A stretch of 64,000 nucleotides of DNA. Origin: Narcine bancroftii. Taxonomy: Eukaryota. Location: NCBI RefSeq assembly GCF_036971445.1, contig NC_091480.1:22134001-22198000 (forward strand), in the 5' to 3' direction. The notes under the pieces were generated by a model, which worked only from the letters and a program-made list of their open reading frames with translations, was not told the DNA's origin and ran no database searches. Shown one piece after another: positions 1 to 53,300 of the stretch (its first letter is position 1; the number at the start of each line of letters is the position of its first letter). The translations under genes and the position numbers were made by a program.

Positions 1-445
1 TCATCTGGAAAACCCTGATGGGGCAAGTTTCTTCGGCAAGACACTGACGTGGCTGATTAAAAAGAATCAGTTTCGTGGCTGTCCAGTGAACAACAAATCT
101 CTCTCTGAAAACCGACAAGAACCTTCTTGAGCAGTGACCATTTACCTTTCAAGCACCAAAGCCTGGTGAAATTCTCAAACGTTAAATTCTGTGCACAGTA
201 GAATTGCCTGCAAGCAGTGAACTTGGAGGAGTGAAGAAGTGAGATTGGACTGTGAATCAAAGAACTCTTCTGAACTTACACACAATTAGAATTAGAAGGG
301 GGTTAAGTCAGTTAATGGTGATAAGTTAGAGTTTGATCCGGTTTTCATGTTTAAAGATAATTAAAAGCAACCTTTGTTTAAGTAACCATTTGTCTTGGTG
401 AATGTCTATTGCTGCTGAGTTTTGGGGTCCTCTGGGCTCATAACA
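1..445 (+). mobile_element. Probable LTR-like element, 3' part
   Basis: Ends ...gggctcataaca (CA end); left end outside window, so TSD cannot be tested. Confidence 0.35.
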
Positions 446-540
446 CCACTTACTTGCCAGCCTGTACTCCTCCCCCTGCCCCTTCCTCTCCCTGCCTATT
501 TATTCCTGTGCCTGCTTTTTCCCTGACACAGGGCCCAGAC

Positions 541-997
541 TTCAAACATGGGTTACCCTTTCATTTCTCTGGATGCTGCGTGTCCTGCTCCTTGAAACAT
601 GGGTTACCCTTTCATTTCTCTGGACACTGCATGTCCTGCTGCTTGAAACATGGGTTACCCTTTCATTTCTCTGGACGCTGCGTATCCTGCTCCTTGAAAC
701 ATGGGTTACCCTTTCATTTCTCTGGACGCTGCATGTCCTGCTGCTTGAAAGATGGGTTACCCTTTCATTTCTCTGGACGCTGCATGTCCTGCTGCTTGAA
801 AGATGGGTTACCCTTTCATTTCTCTGGACGCTGCATGTCCTGCTGTTTGAAACATGGGTTACCCTTTCATTTCACTGGACGCTGCATGTCCTGCTGCTTG
901 AAACATGAGTTACCCTTTCATTTCTCTGGACGCTGCGTGTCCTGCTCCTTGAAACATGGGTTACCCTTTCATTTCTCTGGACACTGCGTGTCCTCCT
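541..997. repeat. Minisatellite, 9 x 51 bp (ttgaaacatgggttaccctttcatttctctggacgctgcatgtcctgctgc)
   Basis: Period 51 (catggg at 547, 598 ... 955); embedded in a Penelope-type terminal repeat. Confidence 0.95.
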
Positions 998-1628
998 GTG
1001 CTTCTCCAGCATGTTCGTGTTTTACAGCTCAAAATGGGAGCTCTCCCACTGAGAAGAGAGACAGTTCTCTGATGGTTAAAAAACTTCCAGCTTCTTAAAG
1101 GGGCTTAAATCATTCTGCAATTTTCTGCACAAAAGAATAATCTTGAGAAGGATGAATGGTTAGATTGCAAAAGTTGCTAACAGAAGGAATTATTGAAGCA
1201 AATGGCACAAATACATTTCAGAGAAGGTCAATAAACAAGGAAGAGATAAAACACAGAACCTTTTGATGGGGGTCAAGAGTATAAATAGTTAAACAGAACT
1301 ACTGTGTAAAATACCAATATTTGCAACTTTAAACTTTCTTTTTGCATAATCGAATTAACTTCCTCTGTGCAGTTAGAATGCTTGGTTCGCACTACTGTAG
1401 CAGATTTTATAAACGAGGCATCATGGGATTAATGAGAAATCTTGCATTATAAACATTGCCAATATTCTTATTCAGTACAAATGTGATTTTTTTTTTCGAA
1501 AATAGTCGGCTGTAATAGAAATTATTGCTACAAGAAAGACAACAGGAAATTACCAAGTATCTTAAGACTGTCAAACTGGACATATGTGCTTTGGATCAGA
1601 CAAGTTACTACTCAGGAATCACACTTAC

Positions 1629-43026
<41,398 letters not shown>

Positions 43027-43474
43027 CTTACCGTTCCGGGGTTGTCAAGAGACGCGGGGCGGGGTTCCGGGTCACGTGGTCCGTCTACGGCGAGCGGGCC
43101 GCCTCCGTCCAGTGACGTGCCGATCGCGCTCGACGCTCGGGATTCACCCCGACGTGCCTGGACCCTTGGCATGCCGCAGATGCTGGGAATCCGAAATAAA
43201 GAGCCCCGGGGCCCGCTCTTGGCCATTTACGGGTTGGAGGAGGAGATGATCGAGTGGTGGATGCGAAGGGTTAGAACAGAGGGCCATCCGGCCCGTCCAG
43301 CCTGCTCCACCATGGCTGATCTGATGATTGGCCCATCTCCACCTACTTGCCTTTCCCCCAACCACCCCCCCCACCCCACCCCACCCCTTTCATTGCCCTG
43401 CCATGTAAAAATCTATCCAACCTTGTCTTATATTTACTGAGGTCGCCTCCACTTCTTCAGATGGGCAGCCAATG

Positions 43475-43931
43475 CCACAGATCCCCCACCCTCCTTATCT
43501 CTGACCTAAATCTTCTCTGAGGCTTCCACAGATCCACCACCCTCCTCATCTCTGACCTAAATCTTCTTTGAGGCTTCCACAGATTCCCCGTCCTCCTCTT
43601 CTCTGTCCTAAATCTTCTTTGAGGCTTCCACAGATTCCCCACCCTCCTCATCTCTGACCTAAATCTTCTTTGAGGCTTCCACAGATTCCCCGTCCTCCTC
43701 ATCTCTGTCCTAAATCTTCTTTGAGGCTTCCACAGATACCCCGTCCTCCTCATCTCTGACTTAAATCTTCTTTGAGGCTTCCACAGATTCCCCACCTTCC
43801 TCATCTCTGACCTAAATCTTCTTTGAGGCTTCCACAGATTCCCCACCCACCTCATCTCTGACCTAAATCTTCTTTGAGGCTTCCACAGATTCCCCACCCT
43901 CCTCATCTCTGACCTAAATCTTCTTTGAGGC
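43475..43931. repeat. Minisatellite, 9 x 51 bp, CR1-derived, upstream of CLCN7
   Basis: ccacagat at 43475, 43526 ... 43883; flanks match the CR1 sequence at 30345-30505. Confidence 0.95.
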
Positions 43932-45369
43932 GATGTCCCCCTAGTTCTAGTAGGTTCAAAGAAACAGAGACTGAAAATCTAAAACAAAAAAAAACACACT
44001 GGAAACATTTAGTAGGTCAGGTAACATAAAAGGAGAAACAGTTAACTACGACTTCTTTAAAAAACCTGTGGTGTCTAGGTGTGACCTTCTGGAAATCAAG
44101 GTTCAGTCATTCAGCCGTGATTTTAAAAATTTCTCAATCAAAGGATGGTGAATATTCTAAATTGACCAGACAAGAGAGCTGTAAGTGTCATTTTTTTTAA
44201 TTATTTAATTTTAGACATACAGCGCAGTTACAGGCCATTTCGGCCCATGAGTCCATGCCACCCAATTAACCTACATCCCCGGCGCATTGGGAGGAAGCTG
44301 GAGCACCCAGGAAAAACCCATGCAGACGTGGAGAGAACGTGTAATTTCAGTCCTGATTGCTGGCGTTGCTGTGCCATCTGTCAGTTACTGAATTTATTCA
44401 AGACAGAAACATATTTACTAATTATACAATTCAAAGGATATGGGGTTTGTACAGGAAGGTGGAACTAAGGTGAAAGATCAACTTGTTGACTGATAGGTAC
44501 AAGAAGAGGCTGAATGATCTATTTCTACTTCTGTTTGTTAATGTATTCAAACAGTGATTCGAATCTGATAAGGGAGGAAATAGAATTAATGCTCATCAAC
44601 AAACTGATGAATAGTCATTAACCTGTTAATTCTCTCTATATCTTAAATGTGCTGTGGGGGGCAAGGGGGTAGTTGGGCTCTCATTGAGAATGGCTGCTTT
44701 AAGCTATTTCCCACCTACTTTCATTCCAGAGCATCTCCCTCTGCACCCTGTGCTTTTAAAATAAAGAAATAAAATAAAATTGATCTCATAATTAAAGTAC
44801 TATTTCATTACTATGAACAAAGAATTGTATTGGAAAATATTAACATCTCAAACAATAAACTAAAATATGTAGTCAATCTTTTTCATCATTGATTATGAAT
44901 TTTTATTGTGCTGAGCATTAGAAAGTGATCCCACAAACAAGAATGAGATAAATGACCAGATAATAATTAGCAATATTCGCTGTGAGATAAATGGGAATTT
45001 CCCTGTTCTTCTTTCATGATGTTGGACCTACAAAACAATCTGTGAAGTTGTTAAGGGGTGCAGGTGATACATCAATTTTCCTCATGTTTCTGAGGAAGTA
45101 GAGGCATTGATCCTCTTTTTTCCCATTGCATTGACATGACTGGACCAGCACGTCACTAGAGATGTTTACAGCTTGGAACTTAAAGCTGTCTCTTATTTCC
45201 CCCATCAGTGCCATTGATGTAGATGGGAAGTGAGCTCTGCCCCTCTTCTGGAAGTGTGTGACCAGCTCATTGGTCTTATTGTCATTGAGGCAGAGTTTTT
45301 TTTTGTCTTGGCATCAAGCCACATGGTCACCTACATAATAACAATGCCTGTCTTGGTCCACTTGATGCC

Positions 45370-46122
45370 ACAGTTGAGGAATGAGGAAGCATACAGGAGG
45401 GAGATAGATCAGCTCATTGAATGGTGTAAAGACAATAACCTTGTGCTCAACGTTAGCAAAAAATCAAGGAGAAGATTGTGGACCTCAGAAGGAAGTCAGG
45501 GAAACACAATCCAGTCCTCATTGAAGGCTCAGTAGTGGTGAAGGTCAAGAATTTCAAATTCCTGGGTGTCAAGATCTCTGAGGATCTGGCCTGGAGCCTC
45601 TATGCTGATGCCAGCAGCTATAATTTGTGAGGTGTTTGAGGTGATTCAGTATGTCATCAAAGACTCTCATAAACTTTTACCATGGAGAGCATCACTGCCT
45701 GGTATGGAGACACCATCACACAGGACAAGAAAAAACTCCAGAGGGTTGTTAACTTGGCCTGTGGCATCGCAGTCACCAGACTTCACTCTATCAAGGACAT
45801 CTACATGAGGCGCTGTCTTTAAAACGCAGCCTCTATCCTCAAAGATCCTCACCACCCAGACCGTGCTCTCTTCACTCTACTACCATCAGGGAAAAGGTAC
45901 AGGAGCCTAAAGACAAGCACTCAATGGCATAAGGACATTTTCTTCCCCGCTGCCATCAATAATCAATGAACCAAAGACATTGCCTTACTTTTCATGCTCT
46001 GTTATTTTAATTTTTTTTATTGTAATGTTGTACGATAGTTATAATATGAACGTTTCCACTCTGACGCTGCTGCAAAACACCGAATTTCATGACTTGTTCA
46101 TGACAATAAATTCTGTTTCTGA
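45370..46122 (+). mobile_element. Rex1/Babar-clade LINE 3' fragment
   Basis: NEEAYRREIDQLIEWCKDNNLVLNVSK; tail gaatttcatgacttgttcatgacaataaattctg. Confidence 0.82.
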
Positions 46123-46580
46123 TCTAATCATGGCATGGAAGGAGAATATAGAGCCTATCAGACCCAGGGAGGCAATCCAATCAGTCTTCTTTCCCTTCCC
46201 CTTATGTCTCTCACACATGCATACCAACTCCCTTTAGATTGTTTTTCCTTCTATTCTGTCCTAGAGGTGATTTATAGTAGGCAATTAATGTATTTGGGAC
46301 ATGATAGTAAAGGAGAAGAAACATTGAACCTCCATTCATGTCTTTATCAAGATCAAACTTTATTCCATTACTGCTCTGACTAGCTTCCAAAATCTTGCTG
46401 GTTGCATCCATTTCCCCACCAGATCCTGTACACTCATTAATCCTTCTTGCCATGGGCTGTATCCAAAACCCAAATTCCTGTAATTTCAAATAAATATTCT
46501 CATCTTTAAAGCTTCTCCCAAACAGATTCACTTGTATATTCCTTTTAGATGCTCCTCTCCTAATTTTCCTATTTAATTTG

Positions 46581-46871
46581 TGTGGTGGTCCACCACCAGC
46601 CTATTGCAGGGGGCAAACTCTGTACCTGCAGGAGTGTAAGGGGACAGGACAACACCTGGCCGGCTGTCAAGCAGTCAGCCTGAATGGATCAAGCCCCACC
46701 CGGTCGGGTGTCAATCACCCTCCGGGATATAAGCCTGCGCCGGCCTCCCAAGGCCTCACTCAGAGTTGCTGCAGCCACAGCCAGCCTGGCTCTGTGGAAG
46801 TCTTTGTGGATTAAAGCCTGTTGTACAGTCTTTACTTGTGTGTGTCTGATTCTGGCTAACAGCGCACCACA
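46581..46871 (+). mobile_element. Solo LTR (291 bp)
   Basis: TGTGGTG...CACCACA ends, 5-bp TSD ATTTG, internal TATA (gatataag) and ATTAAA. Confidence 0.85.
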
Positions 46872-47065
46872 ATTTGTTTTCCAATTGTGTCTGATGGTCA
46901 CTCTTTTAAATGCTATGTGATTTTGTGTGTTACTCAAGTAGAAAAGCAGTCTTTTGTGGTTAAGTTGTTCTTTTTCATACATAGTAGTTTTGCAGGAGCC
47001 AGATAAAGTTCTGGGACTGTTATATTCCTTGTCTAACTTGTGGAATACAAATCATAGAATTTCTT

Positions 47066-47290
47066 GTCTAAATTTTTAAATTTAGCACGGTAACAGGCCA
47101 TTTCAGCCCACAAGTCCATACTGCTCAATTTACACCCAATTAACCTACACCCCTGGTACATTTTGAATGGTGAGAGGAAGCCAGAACCCCTGGGGAAAAC
47201 CCACGCAGACATGGGGAGAACATTTAAACTCCTTACAGACAGCGCAGGATTCAAACCCCGGTCCCGATTGCTGGCGCTGTAAAGGCATTG
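47066..47290 (-). mobile_element. HE1/V-SINE-like SINE
   Basis: Same family as 3362-3625. Confidence 0.78.
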
Positions 47291-48142
47291 CATTAAATAC
47301 AAATAAATTTATAAAACAGTGCAAAATTTTCTCTCTCTTTTGGTATGATATATATATATATATATATAGTAAGCTTTGCACTTCATCTGAGAATGCCATT
47401 CCAATTTACAACAAATGAATTAAAGTTAAGTTTATAATATTATGGCACACTTACAGAATGTGAATTTTAAGAGTTTCACACATCCCAGGACCCAGGAAAA
47501 GGATGTACAATTACTTAAGACTCCTGTATGTTTTTTTTAAATACACAAAATGGCTGGATAAACTCAGCAGGCCCTACAGCGACCAAAGGAGGCAAAGATA
47601 TATAACCAACATTACAGGCCTGATATCAAGCCCAAAATATTGGTTGTATATCTTTGCCTCCTTTGGTCACTGTGGGACCTGCTGAGTTTTTCTAGCATTT
47701 TGTGTAGTTACTATAATCACAGCATCTGCAGACTTATTAGTTTCACTTCTGTCGTTATATCCCAGGAATAGTTCAACATGTCTTCTTTCTTCTCTCTTCT
47801 CCTTTTAGCAGTCCACCAGAAAGACCTTATCCTGTCAAGATACAACTCTCTCTCTCTCTTTCATAATTCAAAGAGCTGAATAGACCTGTGTTTAGTACAA
47901 GCAAAGAAACTGTAGAAAATCTATATGTGCATATTCTGGTTGTATTTTAATTAGCATTATCATTCAATATAAATGTTATTTTTAGTTAAAATACCCTTAG
48001 TTATTTCAGAAATTCTTAAAGGTGAAGATACTATTATTGTCACACAATACTACATCTAGAATGTAACATACATGAAATTCGTTACATTTGGTCTACCGTA
48101 AGGCAGACAGAGAGTTTCCACTTTGTCCAGAGCCCCTCACAG

Positions 48143-48161
48143 AAACCTACAGCACTTGGTG

Positions 48162-48195
<34 letters not shown>

Positions 48196-48252
48196 TCCTG
48201 TGCCTGCTTAGCTTCCGAGATCAGACAATTCCAGGCATATTTAGACTATTAA
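48143..48252 (-). pseudogene. 5S rRNA-derived sequence (pseudogene or SINE3 head)
   Basis: Minus strand tctgatctcggaagctaagcaggcacaggactggtcagtacttggatgggagaccactgaggaacaccaagtgctgtagg matches 5S rRNA with many substitutions; 5' end degenerate. Confidence 0.88.
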
Positions 48253-49713
48253 GTGTTTTTAAATGTTGCTACCAACAAATTCATGTTCCAATTCACTTTC
48301 TTCATTGAAAATGTTATGTCCATGCATATTAATTGACAAAACTTCCATGTTTCTGATCAATTGCTTCTGACTTGTTTCTAGTGTAATGGAAGATGTGCCT
48401 AATAAGGTGGTGCAATGACCAGCACATCGTCATACTGCTGCCTCACAGCTCCAGGGATGTGGATTCTATTTTGATCTCTGCTGCTATCAGTGGAGATAAT
48501 GCATAAATTACCTGTTTCTTCTCATTTTCTCTCAGGTCCCAAATACATTAAGGGAGTTAATGTGTGAAAGAAATAAGGGGAAGGGAAAGGAAACTGAGGG
48601 GTTGCTTCCCTGAAGTCTGATGGGCCATATACTCTCCTTCCATTGCCATAATTAGATGAAATTGTCCTCGAAATAACAGTGTGTGATTAACTAGCAAAGG
48701 TAAATTAATTTATGCAAATACTTCTCCTCTTACAGAATTTTTAAATTTCCATTATATTCCCAAATGTTTATTTCAGGAAAATACAAATAAGTTCTCCCAC
48801 AAATCTAGTTTTCATGCCTAATTTTCCAACTAATGGAATGTGCTCTGATATTTGTGTCCTTAAGGTAAAAATCAGTCCAGTGGTCCTCATCTAAAGTTAC
48901 TGATAAAGTCAAATTTGGAAACATTATTATAGATGTACCCAGACCAAGGCTATTTGTAGAAAATAGATTGGACATTGAATTCTATATTAAATTTTTGTAC
49001 TTGTGCATTGTAGTGCTACAATTTATTTCCATTTCTCTTGGGATAATGGTCATGTGCACTCTTAACATTTGGGAATTTCTTAATTAGTTGTATTAAATGA
49101 ATAGTCTGATGGTGATCACTGTAATTGACAGTAGTACTGTGAGTATTAAGAAAGTGTTAACTCAGCTAACAGTTGTTTGATATCAAATCAGTTTGAGTAA
49201 AATATATTACAAAATACAATTGACGAGTACAATTAATGCTCCATTTCATTAAGAAACTAACATTGGAAGTCTTGAAATATTATTAGGATATAATAAGAAA
49301 TCACCAAAAGGCATTTAATTCAGTTTTCAAATTAGCATTAGATTTAAGTTTATAAATTAGAAGTATTGTACAAAAATGGATTCTGCAAAACTATTGTAGT
49401 CAACAACATTTCAGTATCTTCATATTCATTCTTATAAAACTCTCTATTTTCTGTAAAGATCATTATTGGATATATTGAACGTATTGTAATGTATGTCATA
49501 CAAGGTTTTTTTTATAGTACTACAATAATCATGAAGTTAAACAAATATTACTGCTTGATTTCTGAATGTATTAAATTCATGCTAAGTTGTAAATCTAATT
49601 GCTGAGATATGAATAATGCAATAGAATTTCCATGTTGCAAACACTGTATGTGCCAAAGATGTGACCACAAAAGCCATAAATGGTACAAGGGACCGCTATC
49701 CAATATACTTGTT

Positions 49714-50354
49714 TTAGAAACAAAGATCTAAGCATGTACAATTAAAATATTGAACAGCACCATTAAGAGTGGAAATATCATCGAAAGTTAAAATTCTGCT
49801 TCCAGGTAATGCCTTTCCTGTCGTGATGCCCGAGACTTCCCCAGGAGATAAAGCACGGTTCCAAATTGTGAAACCAGCCAAAGTTCCCACAAATGACTCA
49901 GTATCATCAAATCCCCCTCCCATTTTATCCTGTTCCTGACCTATTATAAGTGTTCCACCAGCTGGAATCTCATAGCCTTTTTGAAACTTGGATCCAGCTG
50001 ATATCAGTCGTCTGTCTATATAATACCAGTACTTACCCTCAAAGGAAGACCATATGATGCAGACGTGATGCCAGAGGCCATCTAAAAGTTGTACCACTGG
50101 AAGTTCCCTGAATGCTGGATCTCCGATTACAAAATGTATGGTTGATTGTTTGCTTGTGTTTCTGCCGTGCAGGACCAATTTGTTGTCATTATCTTCTGTT
50201 GCATAACTTAACATGGTTCCTAAATAATTTGACTTGGTACTGAGCCAAGAGCAGATAGTCATTTCAAAGAGTCCAGTTGAAAAGCCTTTGCTGCATGTTG
50301 CATAGTTTTCAGTGGAAGAATTGGGAAAGTGCATCATTGATTTCACATTGCAAA
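49714..50354 (-). CDS. PTX4: PTX4 exon 3 (pentraxin domain)
   Basis: ttacag|(I)CNVKSMMHFPNSSTENY...CLDLCF*. Confidence 0.96.
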
Positions 50355-53300
50355 CTGTAATTAGAGAAACAAGTAATGGATGTGTATATTGTAGATAACA
50401 AAAAAAGTTAATTTAAACATTTAACAGTTGTTAATTAATCCCTATTTTTCAGACCGATTTTATGGCACCAAATATGCTTGGATGGTTAGAGTCAGTTGCA
50501 CATGATCGCAAATATGATAAAAGCTATTATGTTGTAAGTATCTCCATCTGTAATGATGCTTATTTGTGTACATCTTGATATTGATATTAATCGATATTAT
50601 TTAATCAGTAAGCTGCATTATAATAATCTTTAAGAATGTCTGAAAGAGGTTTCAAAATTTTGTGATGGTAGATTGTGAAGGATTTTTATTCTTGTTTGTG
50701 GATATTTTTAAAATGGCATAAACCTTGGATTGTTAACAGAAGAATAAAGTAAAAATATAGGAGAAATATTTTCACACAAGGCATTGATCTAAAATGAAAT
50801 ATTTTGCCACAAGTCTACTGGCACAGAGATGACTTGGTATTGAATTCTGATGGATTCCATTTGTACAGCATTACAAATCTGTGTGGCTTCCCAGTATTTT
50901 CCTGATCAACAGTTTTACCAAATGTTTTTAGAAGTTTTACAATTAAACCTTAGCTTTGCAAATGAAGTTAGATCTGATGGTCAACACAGGGGACATTTTA
51001 TGGCATTGCCCTTTCTCTGTCATATGTTCATTAAGCACATAGGACAAATAGCAAATACTGGATAAGTTCTCTGTGAGAAATTCATATTAGCAAAGGAATG
51101 AATTTTTTTTTCTTGTTGAGATGAATGTAAAATGTTATAACTACATCACCACTCATGGCACCAATCAGTATACAAGTGCTACAAAGTTTTCAGACCAAAA
51201 TTCCAGCTTAAACCTTTTCATAATTTTGCACAATTGTGGCTTGTCTTCAGCAACAGGAGAAAGTGTGTGGCAGTGTCCTTTACAGGAGGTAATAATTTGG
51301 CCTGCTTAGTTGCTGATTGGTTTCAAATGGGTTTCCAATCACTTAGATGCTAACATCTGCAGGAAATGATGTGCCAGGTCTTTGCCATCATTTCAAGCTT
51401 CTGCATAAAAGAGTTGCTTTTGGGCATTTTATTATTTTGTTCCAATCATGTTGTTTAATTGGAATTCAGTATTACCTGGAAAATTAACTGTAGGCACGCA
51501 GATTAGGAGAAGTTGCTGGAAAACCTGCTTGCAGTAAAGGGCTGGGTCCACTCAGGATGTTCAGAGAGCAATTTTCCTTCCTGAACTTCAGGGAGGAACC
51601 AGTTAGGAGACAGCAGCACTTCAGCAAGGACACCCTTAATGTTATACCTGGCAAGTCCAACTTCAGAGGAATGCAAAAGATGTTTTGACAGTAGCCATGG
51701 AATTGAAGTTAATTCATTTAATTTCAATTTAGACATTCAGCATGGTAACAGTCCCTTCCGGCCCATGAACCCATGCTGCCCAAATATCCCAATTAACCAA
51801 CAAGTCCGATGTGTTTTGAAGGGTGGAGAAAACTGGAGGATTCAGAGGAAACCCCCGCAGACACAGGGAGAACGTGCAAACTCTTAACAGACCCAGGTCA
51901 CTGGCACTGCAACAGTGTTGCGCAACTGCAATGCTAACTGTGCTGTCCCACTAATGTTTACCACATCTTGCATCTTATCTTCCTTCTCCTGCTGGCATTG
52001 CAGTAATATGCATGCCCACAATACCTTTGCCAACATGAAAAAAAAATTCTAAATCGAATTCATAAGACCGTACAGCATTAACTATATCCTTTCCAATCTC
52101 CTGGTACCTGTCTATCAGGTACTTTTTTTCTCTTTTAGTGCTGCTGTAGGTTCAGTCCCAGCGGATGCAATATAGATAGTGGAAAGCTGTTGACTTCCAG
52201 TGGAGGAGTTGGCAGTGTCCTTAGAATGCAATCTTAAGCGTTGTAAACCAAGAAGACAGTTTTAGAATTTTCTTTCTCTGCACATGATACCAGTTTGGAT
52301 TGGGTGGGTTACACAACATCAAGGGCTTTCTAAGTCCTATGAAGGCCCCATGCAACACTGATATTAGAATACTCCATGCTCCTTGATATTGCACCAGGGT
52401 TTCCAGTAGGCCTATGAATGCTTCATGTATTCTCATTTTGCATATCTACAATTCTTCATTTAAGAACTTAATAGTACCACTCAGATGTGACTTAGCCTTG
52501 GATTAGTTGGTACTTATACTACCCATTCCTGTTACCCAGCCTGCCCTGGGCTGTACCTTTCTACTTTCAAAACCGTCTGTCATGTGTTTCAGTGCTAGTA
52601 TCTGAACTGCTGGTGAGCGATGATGTGTATTAATCCTCACTCTTTTCTTCATCTCTTTGACTGCCTGGTCAGATTATTCATAGTCCTTGGATATTTGAAA
52701 AGAGAATGGATTGGGGGCAGGGTAAATGGGGAAAACATAATGTAAAAGATGAGATCTGCAATTCATGAGTTTTTGAATATAAAGGATTTGGGAGAAGTGG
52801 GATGGGAGAATAAGAATTAGGGTTCGTTATCCTATTCTATGGCTTGTCCACTGCCCGTGGACAAGCAAATGAACAACATTGGTTGTTCACTTTTGACAAT
52901 AGAGTGATGCCTGTCTGCTCTGAATATCCATCACTGACTTGCAGGCAAGAGGAATGAGTCTTCCTGTGAGTTAATATTAGTTTGGGTAATATAATTGTTC
53001 TGACTTGAATGATTCTCTGTCTGTCAATATATACAAGCAGTGAAATCTCAGTGTAAGGTCTAGGTGCATCTATGGAGATGAAAGATAATTAACTTGAAAT
53101 ATTGATTATGTTTCTCTATCACCATGAATGCTGCCAGGCCTGCTGAGCATTTCCAGCATTTTCTATTTTGTTATAGATTTTCACTCTTTTTTTTTGCTCA
53201 GTTATTGTCCTGCTGCTCTTTGACTCGCTGCGTTTCCCCAACATTGTGTTTTTACTTCAGTCAAGTTTATTGGTCATCTCATTGTACAAGTACAACCTGA

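Noticed and set aside
409-1098. 229-aa Cys/His-rich repeat ORF (zinc-finger/metallothionein-like look)
   Set aside because: Artefact of a 51-bp (17-codon) minisatellite; non-ATG start; antisense within a CLCN7 intron
43457-43906. 149-aa Arg-rich repeat ORF (protamine-like look)
   Set aside because: Translation of the CR1-derived 51-bp minisatellite
48143-48252. Functional 5S rRNA gene
   Set aside because: Many substitutions, degenerate 5' end, no oligo-T terminator, solitary copy
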